Below, in pieces: positions 13,872 to 27,700 of a stretch of DNA of 64,000 nt. A program made the position numbers and the translations under genes. Within the stretch, counting starts at the first letter, position 1; the number at the start of each line of letters is the position of its first letter. Where the stretch lies: positions 456,414 through 520,413 of the forward strand of contig NMRA01000214.1 in the NCBI GenBank assembly GCA_002633005.1, written 5' to 3'. The notes under the pieces are model-generated. The model saw only the letters and a program-made list of their open reading frames with translations. It made no database searches and was not told the origin of the DNA. Source of the stretch: Phoronis australis. Its lineage: Eukaryota > Animalia > Phoronida.

Positions 13872-16012
13872 GCTATGCAGCGCGACGTCAGTATCGAACT
13901 TTTACAGCACTACTGTGTACGCAAAATGGTTACGAAGCGAGAAGCAACCTAACTGCGTATCGACTAGACGGTAGGAGTTTAATGTCTTACTAATGTGAAT
14001 ATGATGACACAGCTCAGTTTCACGGGCAATTTATGCACATACAAAAAATGGGTCAACTAAAAAATGAATAAACACTTGCCAATGTAGTGTTTTATCTGCG
14101 TCGTTGAAATTTAAAGGGGCATTGCCATCAATAAAAGTGATTGTTTGAGACCTGTCTATATACATGTAAGGATAATATGTTGGGTTCGAGGAACGCTACC
14201 CCGGTTTGTATATTTGAAGAACCGGTCAGACGAGTGTGCTTCAGTTTACTGTTGATACCTCATATCTGTTAAATATGCTTTGATTACTATCATAGTGCAG
14301 TACACACTACTACCAATGGTCTAATGTCTATCATGGCGTAACCTCGCAGGGGCACAACGGGGCCACGTCCACCGCAAAACATAAGGTATTTTTGTTAAAA
14401 AGAGCAGTCGTATTCGTCTTTGTTACATTAACCAAAAACTATGCCTTTATATCGAAAATCCTAACACCGTTTTGAGATTGATGAATAAATATTAACTTTG
14501 GAAAGTTTCAGAGAAATCCAGCCGTTTTCGAGAACTCGTGTTCCTAAGTTCAAATGAAGTCGAGTTGCCGAAGTCGAGAAAAAGCCGATTTAGTTGGGAT
14601 ACGTAAACATCTCAAGATCTTCCGTTAATCATTCGGTGAAAATTTGTTTTTGGTCAATATAACCTATACATGCCTTAAACATGTTCGCTATTTCAACATT
14701 CACTCACAATGTCAACAGAATTTGCAGTGCCTGATGGCTTAATTTTCGCTAAATCGTTAATTTTAGTACCGTCTGCAGTCCGGCAGGGCGCGATAAACTG
14801 TTGGCCTTCTTAAAAGTAGGTCAACAGTTCATTGTTGTACACAATACACCACACGCCGGAAGACTGATATGAAACTAAGTACGAAATGGATAACAAAAAT
14901 CGAGTCGATGGTTAAAGTACGCCGTGAGCATGCGATCAAAACAGCAAAATGTCAAATTACCTATCAAATTAAGGAAATTGTGTAAGGATTTATTTCTTTT
15001 CACAACTTGCTGTTCGTAAACAAAAAGTCACAGGGGCGTCAGGCGACTCGGAGCATTCCTTCCCAACGTTCGTATGCTTGTAGACGCACAACTCTCTCAG
15101 AATCCAAACTACATTTTGTTTTCGAGTTAACCGGTATCTTTCTATTATATGTACACCTCGTTTGACTCAATATTATGGCGACTCGGTGAATGAAAGGACT
15201 GAGGATACATACGGAGCTGCTTTGTGTCTGGCGGGAAATTCGATTTGAGAGACAGCCCTTTGACCTCCGATTTCCACGTCGTTGTGCGGTTCCAAGGTGG
15301 CTCTTCTAAACCTAATTTTTCTCGTTACACTGTATATATTTAGTATTTGAAGTTCCCCTAGAATGGAGATAAGGTGTTTCGATAGACATATGTGAAATAT
15401 TGTAAAACTGAGATGGACAATTTTTGTGAATAAAGTTTGAGATATCCTTCATGACAGACATTTTTTCTCTAACGCTACCACTTCACAATTGCCGAACAAA
15501 GGCTTAGCCAAGTAACCATGAGCACACAACAGTCTCAAAATAATTTATAGAAAATGTTCCAGTATCTTGCAGTATTGGAATGTGTTTATGACATGTTTCC
15601 GTGGTTTATTAGCTCAGGTATATCTTGCACATGTTCAGATTAAAATTATTATTCATAACTCTTGACACGTATTTAAAAACATCCCTGCCCAAGCTAATCT
15701 TCCCCATTGGCTAGTTTTATATTTGGCGCATATTCTGATAGGTTCACTTGCATCTTATATGTTATATCTTTATACTGTCACAACAGAAACTTTTAATACA
15801 TTATACCGAACACAAGTATTTTTCTCTACAAACCACTTCGGGTTTTATCTTAATTTGTACAATAAAAACCCACAAGCACAGTTATGGGTTTAGTCTCATA
15901 GACTTATGCTGAAGTGAGATTTATTTATTTTCCGAAATAATTATGTGGAGCCTAAGACCAAACTTCTTCTTTTGAGTCTTAGCTGTACTTCGGGAGCAAG
16001 TTTTCGGTTATA

Positions 16013-16479
16013 CAGAATTTGTTAAACGCACGACACTTTTCATTGTTCACAGTCTTTATTCCGTTACGTTCATACCTTCGGAACAAAACTCTACTCTCAA
16101 CTGAACATAGATAGAGTAACTGACCTAGCGACATGATTAAAAGACACACGATATTTCGAAAAATTCTTGTTTCATTATCAAGTCACGCGTGACTTTCCTG
16201 TTACACCCCTTCATTAGTCATTTTTTGCAGTATTTCACACCCGCCTTGTCCCACTGTGTGTGTCATCAGCTTATGCTCTGTGGTGGCATTACTGCGTCAT
16301 TTTATCTTCACTTGAGAATGAAACAAGTATGTTTAAAATATCGTGTGTCTTTTAATTATGTCGCTAGGTCAGTTACTTTATCTATGTTCAGTTGAGAGTA
16401 GAGTTTTGTTCCAAAGGTATGAACGTAACGGAATAAAGACTGTGAACAATGAAAAGTGTCGTGCGTTTAACCAATTCTG
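16013..16479. mobile_element. MITE/foldback-like element with ~145-bp terminal inverted repeats
   Basis: 16013-~16157 (CAGAATTTGTTAAACGCACGACAC...GACACACGATATTT) is the near-perfect reverse complement of ~16336-16479 (AAATATCGTGTGTC...GTGTCGTGCGTTTAACCAATTCTG). No clear TSD. Confidence 0.75.
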
Positions 16480-17239
16480 AGTCTTAACCCACTTTTCATG
16501 AAACAAAACCCACGTGTTGACTAAAATATATTATATCAAAACAGAGNNNNNNNNNNNNNNNNNNNNNNNNNNNNNNNNNNNNNNNNNNNNNNNNNNNNNN
16601 NNNNNNNNNNNNNNNNNNNNNNNNNNNNNNNNNNNNNNNNNNNNNNNNNNNNNNNNNNNNNNNNNNNNNNNNNNNNNNNNNNNNNNNNNNNTAACGCTAC
16701 CACTTCACAATTGCCGAACAAAGGCTTAGCCAAGTAACCATGAGCACACAACAGTCTCAAAATAATTTATAGAAAATGTTCCAGTATCTTGCAGTATTGG
16801 AATGTGTTTACGACATGTTTCCGTGGTTTATTAGCTCAGGTATATCTTGTACATGTTCAGATTAAAATTATTATTCATAACTCTTGACACGTATTTAAAA
16901 ACATCCCTGCCCAAGCTAATCTTCCCCATTGGTTAGTTTTATATTTGGCGCATATTCTGATAGGTTCACTTGCATCTTATATGTTATATCTTTATACTAT
17001 CACACCAGAAGCTTTTAATACATTATACCGCACAAAAGTATTTTTCTCTACAAACCACTTCGGGTTTTATCTTAATTTGTACAATAAAAACCCACAAGCA
17101 GTTATGGGTTTAGTCTCATAGACTTTGGTCTTATGCTGAAGTGAGATTTATTTATTTTCCGAAATAATTATGTGGAGCCTAAGACCAAACTTCTTCTTCT
17201 GAGTCTTAGCTGTACTTCGGGAGCAAGTTTTCGGTTATA

Positions 17240-17706
17240 CAGAATTTGTTAAACGCACGACACTTTTCATTGTTTACAGTCTTTATTCCGTTACGTTCAT
17301 ACCTTCGGAACAAAACTCTACTCTCAACTGAACATAGATAGAGTAACTGACCTAGCGACATGATTAAAAGACACACGATATTTCGAAAAATTCTTGTTTC
17401 ATTATCAAGTCACGCGTGACTTTCCTGTTACACCCCTTCATTAGTCATTTTTTGCAGTATTTCACACCCGCCTTGTCCCACTGTGTGTGTCATCAGCTTA
17501 TGCTCTGTGGTGGCATTACTTCGTCATTTTATCTTCACTTGAGAATGAAACAAGTATGTTTAAAATATCGTGTGTCTTTTAATTATGTCGCTAGGTCAGT
17601 TACTTTATCTATGTTCAGTTGAGAGTAGAGTTTTGTTCCAAAGGTATGAACGTAACGGAATAAAGACTGTGAACAATGAAAAGTGTCGTGCGTTTAACCA
17701 ATTCTG
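17240..17706. mobile_element. Second copy of the same long-TIR element, inside the duplicated block
   Basis: Same inverted-repeat arms as 16013-16479. Confidence 0.7.
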
Positions 17707-18786
17707 AGTCTTAACCCACTTTTCATGAAACAAAACCCACGTGTTGACTAAAATATATTATATCAAAACAGAGCTAATTTTGCAAACAATAGCGTGTTAG
17801 AATCATGTGTTTCAGAGAACGAACTTTGTGAAATTCAAAGGCTTGAAAGTTTTCTCAAAGCTACATGTACTCGTACAAAGCTCAACTTCCATAGATATGC
17901 AACCAGGCCCTAGACATTAGGACACTGTTAAACATGATTACCACGCCAGCCAATCACGAAACGTCAAAACGTCAGACAGCTTCCTCGGCTGACTTCCACG
18001 TGACAACATCAATAAACCAGGACGCACATCTAATTTAAACCCTCATACCTAACACCCATCTGTGTGTGAATCTAACACAACGCAAGTAAATCAACTGTTT
18101 GTATCATGTCAAGCACAATTACAAAAGTGTATCATTCAGCTGTTATCTTGTAACATCCGTGGACTGGTTCTTTAGCGATCCCTGTACATATATACACTTT
18201 TCTGCTTTTGTCTGCTTCAAAAATTGTAACTCCCACCGAAAGTGCACAAACGATATTGTCCATGCGACACATGATAGCAAATGACATCATTCTCAGCCAG
18301 ATGAAGAAAGCGGAATGTTGACCAGTGTTTACCATTTGAAGATCGCTTTAAGTTTTTTCAAAACCATGACACGTAACTGGATTTACTTGAATGGACAACA
18401 CAAAAATAAAACCAACACAGTGATTACACTTTAAAAATATTCTGCAAAATGGTTAATTTTCTCAAGACTGCGGCATATGGGACTGGCGTTGTCAGTAGTT
18501 GTACCATGGAGACCACAGGCCAAAGTTCACGAGCGGTGCACACCTCTGAAATGCGACACAGAGGGTACAGTTATCTAATCATCTAATGAATTCGTACAAC
18601 TACTCTCATGACTGGGGTTTAAACACTTTGTCTTACAAACACATACCAAAGTGTGGTGGAAAGATAAAATCTGATTTTCAGCAAACACTTCGATGATGAC
18701 AACAGTTAACACAAACTACTACTATAAGTTATGATTTCAATCTCAAAATCGGCAAGAATTGTCATTTGTTCTCGTCATTTGGCGCC

Positions 18787-21700
18787 CTACACAATCTCGG
18801 GTGTTGCCACTGCTCCCTGTCCGCTATTGGCTGGCCTTCCTGAAAACAAGACAAACCGTACAATTTAGAGAGACAGCATGAAGGATTTACTAGAGTTCAA
18901 ATTTGGTTAAATATTTTGTGCCTTCAAAAACCATGCTGGGACCGGTGTCAGCAAAATTAAACGAAAAGTTTCAGACTTCCAATTTGAGAATTTACTGTTC
19001 ATGAACGACGACATGATGATCAATCCGATCTCAGTATCTAAACATGATAGCCGGCAGTGCAAGGTCCTCTCTGGTAACAGATTGGAAGATATTCAGCAGT
19101 TTTGAGCACCCAACGGGGGCAGTTGTGCTGTGAACTTTTCGCCGTTGTCAATGAACTCGCGTCATTGTCACAACAGTATATTCAAATTTGAACATTGATT
19201 TTCAAGTTAACAACCAAGCAGCTAGCAAATCAGCTGCGATTTTATAGCGCACACGAAAAGCTGTAATCTTCAGATAGACATTAAATGGAAAAGGTGAGCA
19301 AAAGACGGAAACATCCATAAACAATGATTTCAAATAACTGAGGGACCTCTTTGACAAATTGAAAGGACCAACCACCCACGTTAGCGCAATTCCTAGAGGT
19401 GTAGAGTTGTTTTTTTCTGTACAACGACGGCCCTGACGACGGACGAATGGAAAATTGTTAGTGTTAAGGCTACTAAAGAAGAATACGTCGTTTTAATTTT
19501 TGACTTTGATCGAAAAAATGGTTGACAACCGAGGGAGTAATTGAGCATTTGAGGCCACCAGAGAAGGAAGTTAGCTATTGAAATACTATTTTAACGCAGC
19601 AAAAAGATTTAGGACTATTACGTACACATGTGCAAGTGCTTGTGAACAGCATTTTCTGTTTGTCGGGAATTACTGTACGTCACCAAACGTCCTTTTTGGA
19701 CTCTGTTGATTGAAAGTTGTACCTTGAATAGTCCCCGTATGACTCTGTCCTACCAGAATACGGATACTTACACATACCTGAAAATTTGTGAAGGTTTCTA
19801 GTTGCTACGTCAGCGTAACGCGCGCATTCTGGTACTTACCCATTCGGCCAGACGTAGAAGCTGAAGATTCAGCTCTCTCACTCGAGTCATTCTTGACTGA
19901 GCTGCGGCGCCGATTTCTCGGTTTTCCAGGGTCAGTAGAAGCTCCGTCTTCGGGTTTGACAGGAACTGCACTGGTGTATGTTGGACGCACTGTAAAACCC
20001 CAGAAAAAGGTCTACTTCTAATAAAGTGGCTGCGCATTCAGTTCCAGTAATAAAAACCAGTTGAAATAGGTGGACCCTGGCACTGGACCACTTTAGGTTT
20101 TCCAAAAGTGGGACAAAACCACCATCTTGCTGCATGACCTCGCATAAGGTGTATGGCTAAATGTATGTACGTAGAAAACCAGGGTGAGGTTTTAAGAACG
20201 ACAGCAGACTATTCCCACTGTGCACTGAGCTTGATTACCTCTATGACACCATACAGTAATTGGGATTAAAATCGCCTTGCTTTTTATTTCGCAAAAAATC
20301 TACTTTACCTCTATTAACAAACATTGACGAGACAATCTTTGATACAAAACAACGCCCTGTAACCGTTGTCTACCGTCAAAACATATAACAAGTGACGCAA
20401 TACCTGGTCCCATGTCGCCGCCATCTTGGATTTGTCTATTCGAGGAGCTCGGAGTCGGACCGATGCTCTTGTCATTCGACCCACGTTTCACCGCAATCAC
20501 TATTGCAATAATTAGGCAAAGAGCGAGAATACTTCCAATCACTGATCCCAGAATGAGGCCTAAGTTGAGTGTCGGGTCATCTGTAAAGTAGATTACTTCA
20601 AATGAGCTTCACACACCAACAAGTACTTTGGAAACGGAATGAGACGAGACTGCTACATGACTGCAACGAGGATTGCCCCTATGATACTCAAGGATTCGTT
20701 TCTACTTGCTTTCTATATTTTTCTTACTCCAGATAAAATAGTAAACATAACATTTATTTGTACATTATGGTCACCCCCGTAGACAGTTAGTAATTAAAAC
20801 ATCAGTTCGTCTCTCAGTGCCGTTGTTTTATGCAGGGCAAGCCGCTTAATCACATTGAGATCCTTGTTTTTGAAAATATAATCTCGTAGCCTATGTACCT
20901 GCTTGGTATAACTTAGTCAAGAAATTTTCTCTGAGGGTACAATTGTTTAACAAAATTAAAATTTCAAATTCTTCTTTAACTTCAAATAATCTCAATGTGA
21001 AACAAAAAATCGCTCATTTTGAGGGCACTGTGCACTTTTGAGGTTGCTTATATTTTTGCAATTTATTTTTTATTGCGAAACCTATATGATTGAAAGTAAG
21101 GCCCCTCACAATTTTGTACACGAATTTTGGACTTGACATGGTTACTGTAATTTAAGGATGTCAATTGTTTTTAATGCTTTAGGTGGCTCGTTTCAAAGTG
21201 CATTGGGTTGGACAACCTTAAAATTGAGAACTCGTAAATGCATTTTCTTTATTCGATGACGGTTTTGTTGTTCTTGTCTGTAACGGAAATAGAACCCTAT
21301 CAGGGTAAGGAATATTTTAACACCGAGTTTATGAGAGTACAAGGTTTAGTTCGATTGTTGTTATTTAAGCAATAAACAGGGCGAAATTTAACGCGATAAA
21401 CAGGGCGAAATTTAACGCGATAAACAGGGCGAAATTTAACATTAAGTTGATTGTTTTCAGTTGATCAAATTATGTGATACATTCATTAGACAAACCAGTT
21501 CCAAATGAAATATGCCAGAGCAACAAAATTTTATAAAAGAGTACTGCAAAAACGTTGCGACCCTTACTTTCTGGTGAAAGGAAAAGTTTGTTAGTCAATG
21601 AAAGCGGTGAAACTTTTCAATATCAGTTATGGCTATGAGTTTATAAATAACCCTAAAAAATTTCAAAACGGGTCAATTTGATTGAAATAAAAATTTCAGA

Positions 21701-24700
21701 TATAACAATTCGTGCGGTTCTCTTAAACGCACCTAGGAATTGTTGTTAAGTTTTTCACTTACGTATGAGAAGCATTTGAAAATTGTGACTTTTACAATTA
21801 TTATAAAAATTCAAAAACTCAAAAGTTGCACGAGAACATACACGAGATAGTTAAAAAAGATTGTCTTTTTAGATATCGTAATGAAGATTTGCAAGAGAAT
21901 AACTTTGGTTAAAATTGGGCTTTCCGTTTAGCAATTTTTACTACCTGTTAACGTGACTCAATCAATGACAAACGAGTATGAAGTAAGAAATCAAATTCTA
22001 CACACCTTCTAAATCCGAAAATATACTTTTACTGGATTAAATTCCATCGCTGTAATTGGCTAAATGCAAAGATAATGAGAAGGTTAATCACAACCCAGAG
22101 GCTTAAAAGCGCTATCACAAACTCTGAGCACTGTTGTCAGAAATACGCTATTCTTACCACTTGGAACCTTAACACCGTCAACTGTTAAAGAACCAGCTTT
22201 AAACTTGAGCGGGTTCCCATTTGCATCCTTGAAAACTTTCGATTCTTCATGTACCAAGATTTGTAATGCTTTTATGGCGGCGCTGCTTTCTGTCTCGTTT
22301 TCGTGCGTTGGCGGAAGTAGAGTAAACGATACTACGATACTTCCTGTAGACAAAGCAGACATTATGTCCCAGATAATGGTCTTTAGGGTAATGATCATTA
22401 ATGAGACAGAGTTCTAGAAAGCCTGCACCGCATTTTTGCACATTGACGTGGACAGAAAATTTCAAAACTCATCCGATGGATAATTGGAGAATCCACGAAA
22501 TCACATCTATTGTTCAACAATATGGCATCGTGAAACGCGATATTGCAATGCCAATGCTGTTATCCAGCGCACAACGTTTAAGCAAAAGGCCCAGCTGGAC
22601 ACTGAGAGAGAGTAATTGTGTACATAACTGACAAAGACATGATCATAGTTTTATCGATTTAAAAATGCTTACTGATTTGTCACTTCCTCACAAAAAGGAA
22701 GTTTACTAACACTGTCTGCATCGATGGCGTAATCTTGTAACAAACAATTGGAAGGAAATAAGTAAGAACTATTAAGTGACCACGACCCAGGATCAAATTT
22801 CAGAACTCTGACTCGACTGGAAGCTTTTAAGCAATCACGTGACATGATTAGAGTATGAACACGCAAGTTTATTCAAAGTGCGCCATGCAATAGGCCCAGT
22901 GTCCCAATACAGCACAACACCAGGGTGAATTTCAGTAGCTGTCTCGCGTTTTGGAGGTCTCAAGCTTAGATTTACTTGTCGAAAGACACTGAAGTAAGCT
23001 TGAAAATTACCCATACCTGATACAGCTGTAATATTGACAATTCGCTCTTCCTTTACATCCATACGTTTTGCCAACTGAGACCTGACTGTCACCACAAAGG
23101 CATCAATGTCATTCCTCACTACAGCGTTGAAGTCTTCGTAAAAAACGAAACGCAATCTCTTTGCCTTCGGTCCCACCTCTTGTTCAAATGTTGACGAAAC
23201 TGTAAACAGTGAAGTCGATATAAATCAATAAAACGGTTTAAAGTTGATTTACATTTTGCTGCAGCTATTTTGTAGCGATCTTTTTCTGGTGGTAAACAGG
23301 CTTAAGACTTGGTTCACCTCTTCCCCTAACCNTAGGTTGCCCCCCCCAAAGTACTCACAAGGGTGAACGCTATGAGATCTGGCCCAGTGGTCCCAATACA
23401 GCACAACACCAGGATGAATTTCAGTAGCTGTCTCGCGTTTTGGAGGTCTCAAGCTTAGATTTACTTGTCGAAAGACACTGAAGTAAGCGTGAAAATTACC
23501 CATACCTGATACAGCTGTAATATTGACAATTCGTTCTTCCTTTACATCCATACGTTTTGCCAACTGAGACTTGACTGTCACCACAAAGGCATCAATGTCA
23601 TTCCTCACTACAGCGTTGAAGTCTTCGTAAAAAACGAAACGCAATCTCTTTGCCTTCGGTCCCACCTCTTGTTCAAATGTTGACGAAACTGTAAACAGTG
23701 AAGTCGATATAAATCAATAAAACGGTTTAAAGTTGATTTACATTTTGCTGCAGCTATTTCGTAGCGATCTTTTTCTGGTGGTAAACAGGCTTAAGACTTG
23801 GTTCATCTCTTCCCCTAACCTCCATGTCCAGAGAAGCTCTGAGTTATAATCCAAGTAAAGATTAGGTTGAACCTTATCGTCTTCTAGTAAAGATCGCTCC
23901 GATAATCGTGCTTCGCATACAATACCCGCGGCTTAGTAATTCCACAGTTTAAGGTCATGTAGAACCTTATTGAAAGATCTGGGTGTTTAACAAAAAGCCT
24001 ACAAAACTAAAAATTTGAACTCGGCAAATACATATTTTCTGAAAGTAGAAGCTCTGCAGATTTTGATTTTTTACTTTTTAATAATCCACCAGTAATTGGG
24101 TCGCGTGACCAAGTCTTTCAGGGTCCTGCAAAGCTTTAAAGTGGTTGAGTTTTTAATGAAACGAATCACCAATAGTTTGCTGGACATATGCAACGCCTTC
24201 GAATGAAGTAACTAAGGCAATTAGTGAGAAATGGCTAAATACAGAAAGTCAAGTTAACATAATTTGAAAAAACAAACTTTTCAGAATATCGTAATGCTCT
24301 TGTAGCCGTGGAAATACCACAACGCAACCAAAAAGATGATGGCAATTGACAAAGGACTTTTAGAATCCCAAAGCACGAGGTTAATATTATAGACTGTGGT
24401 AACATCTCACCTGCAACAATTGTAGTGGATTCTCGCCCATCAATAACCGTACTTTGACTCGATGCTTCGGTGTTTTGGCCTCCCGAGTCTGTATATGGAA
24501 TATGGGAACTTTTACCCGTTTTACTGTCCACCCTGGTTGCTCCATCGGCGATAGTTCTATTTTCTGTAAATTTTAATTTTGACTTTTTGCCAATCTTCCA
24601 TTAACTGGACCACGCGATCATGTCTTTTTCAGTAAATATTAGAAAAAGAACGGTACATCGCTGGCAAAACAACGGCATAAATAAAATGTCTTTGAACAAA

Positions 24701-27700
24701 ATTTCTTTAATGCCAAAAATGTTAAAGATGAAATCTCATAAAAGCTGTTAGTTTTTAACTTATCATCTCATTTTCGCTTTATGCAACTTTCAATTTTTTC
24801 ATGAAAACCATAAAAGTTCTCTGATATCCCCTCATACAAAAGTCGAACAATTCCAAGCAGAGGCGTTTTGATGAACAGTGCATAAAGCATAGTATCAGAA
24901 AGTTTCATACGAATACCATCGTTCATTTATGAGATGTGATGATCAGAATTGGCCAATTTTGTAATTTTTAGGGTCCTACATGTACATAGCTTTAAAATGG
25001 TTGAGTTTTTAATGAAACGAACCACTAATAGTTTGTTGGACATATACACGACGAATAAAGTGTCCAAGGCAATAATTTACCACGATTAGTGAGGAATTTC
25101 TAAATACAGAAAGTCAAGTTTCCATAGTTCTACAAAACAAACTTGCCAGGGTGTCGTCGTGTTTTTGTAACCATGGCGATACCACAACGCAACCAAAAAG
25201 ATAATGGGAATTGTCAAAGGACTTTTAGAATCCAAAGTTAATTTTATAGAATGTGGCAACATCTCACCTGCTTTGCTTGTCGTCGATTCAAGCCCTTCAG
25301 TAACCTTACTTTGTCTCAATGCTTTGGTGTTTTGGCCTCCCGAGTCTGTATGTGGCTTTTGGGAACTTTTACCTGTTTCACTGTACACGCCGGTTGCTCC
25401 AACGGCGATAGTACTAGTTTCTAATGTTAAGTGACGAGAATCATCTCGTGTCACTTGCTCATTGCTAGTCGGGTTTGTTTTAGAGACGTCCATTTCGTTT
25501 TGAGACTCAGTCACCGCATTTGAAGCTCTCTCCTCACCAGTGTGCTCTGGAGAGGACATTGTTGTCGCAGGCGAGTCTTTCCCCCCTCCATTGTCTTCTT
25601 TGCCAATGGTGGATTTTGTAAAGCTTGTGGTGCCTGCTTCGAGTTGATTTCCAGTTATAGTTCCAGAAAGCATTTTTTGAGAAGCAGATCCAGGTTCACT
25701 GGCTGTGTCCGCTGTAGTGACTTCAGCTTGATCTTCACTGGTGGCGGATACACGGTCATTTTCTGTAGACGTTTCAGGCGGTGATTCAGTTGCTGTTGCA
25801 AATTGGTTATCACTATTACTAGTGTCGGACTTAGGGTCTGTGGTAGTGAAATTCTTAGAAGGCATTTCTTGAGTAGATTCACGTTCAGTTTCGGAAGGCG
25901 TGGACGGCATCGGGGGAGTCGAAGATTCTACCAGATCATAAGAGGTCCTTGACGGGTTATTTGTAGCATTTTCTTGTGTTTCCGTTGAACTTTCCGCCAT
26001 CGCTAAGTCACCAACGGCTTCTTCGGTCTGCCTCGTCTCACCTGTAGGCCTAGTGACTCCATTTTGCGAGCCTGTAACGACACAGAAAATCGTAGTGCAC
26101 AACAGAATGCTTACCGATAGCTAATAAGACACACGCAGCACTAAAGGAGATTTTTATTGATAATTTTACATGATTGTTATCTGTATGAAGTAATTACTTA
26201 AACTTAAACTATTTAATTATTTTTCGAAATAGTTAAGTGGAGCTTTGAGAAGTAAACCACTGTTCATAAAACAGATCATTGAAAGTCTATTGTTATAGTA
26301 TATTGCAATGCAGCAACCGAATACCTGCGGTATCATTGGCTGTTGTCGACGCTTGCAAACTCAAGGTACTTGAAACGTCATTGGAAGGTCCTTGAAAAAG
26401 ACTGTAATAAATATAAAAATTAGAATTAAGACCCAATCCCCTCACGTGGTGCTAAAAGTTGCGTGGGACCTTAATATCAACAAAACAAAAAGGTTTAACT
26501 GTAAATGTATAAATTTTCTGGGAGTAGAAAGCCAGCATATACAGTAGATACCGCTCTCAGTAGACGCGACTACACCACGTGGTCGTTTCAGAAAATGAAA
26601 TGCCGAGGTAAACATCCCAAGAAAATGTTGAACCTATTGTAACAGTGGTCCTACCATACACTTGCGGGTCTTATTGAGAAATGTCAACGCGTGTTTAATC
26701 GTACAACATATCTGGTGTTGCGATTCCTGTCTGTACTCTCCGTAAGGAACATGAAAACTAACAAACACATCACCAATGTCCAAAGGAGGGGTGCGAAATC
26801 ACCCTGTACAAATCAGCAACTACAGACCGTGCCTTACAAAACAATCAATTAATTAATAGGGAGAATTTTTTATCATGGACAATGAAAAAGAACGGGTTTA
26901 CTAGGTGGATCAGAATCTGTGTACACCAAAATATAGGGAATACGAGCATGAGCCGAGCGACGTGAGATAGTTTCAACTGGACATAGCATAACAACTGCAT
27001 TCCACAGAGGAATCAAATGTGTAGCTCTACCCACTCCGACCGTGACGTCACACGTTCGGATAATCGACGTACAGAAATTTATGAATGTCTGCTGAACCAT
27101 GGAGGTCGAAATTGTTAGCAAGGCAACGATTTTGTCGCCTGTCTAAAGAGTTTTTCTCCTCATATGTAGTCTGGACGGATGAATCTTTTTAACACTTTTT
27201 ATGAGTATTATGTACTATTTCTTAGCCAAGAAACACTTTCACAATGACAAAGACAATGCCGACCTTCATATCCACCGCGTAACTGAAAACAAATCGCTTA
27301 ACTGTTTTATCGCCCATTTTTCCATAAGTTATCATTTTAGCTTTTATTTTTCAAGATTCATTTCTATGACTTGTATCACTATTTCGACATAATAAATGTC
27401 TTTTTTTCATAAACCTGCGGTCTCCTTTTCATTTCTGGTGACGCACGTTTCCTTGTCGTTTGGATTTAGGACGCATTGTTTTCCCAAATCTATTGACACA
27501 GGCTTATGAACACTGAACAACTCTACGTATGGTTCTGCGCTATGTTTATTGCAGTTCTTCTCTGTATCTCTCCGATCTCCTATTATATCACCGACCAGTT
27601 CGTGAACTTGTGTCTTGCCCGAGGGTGACCAAGACGTACGGTAAACGCGCCTTCTGCTCATCCTCGACAGCTCAACTCCAGCAAAAACGATACTGATATT

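Larger units (their letters stand above)
15470..17773. repeat. Near-identical direct duplication (15470-16546 and 16692-17773) flanking an N gap; probable haplotype overlap
   Basis: Both copies start TAACGCTACCACTTCACAATTG and end ATCAAAACAGAG, and differ by scattered SNPs and small indels. They are separated only by Ns (16547-16691). Confidence 0.9.

Noticed and set aside
19723-19777. Possible small cytoplasmic-tail exon (GMCKYPYSGRTESYGDYS)
   Set aside because: The preceding intron would be only ~60 nt and its end phase does not match the terminal exon.
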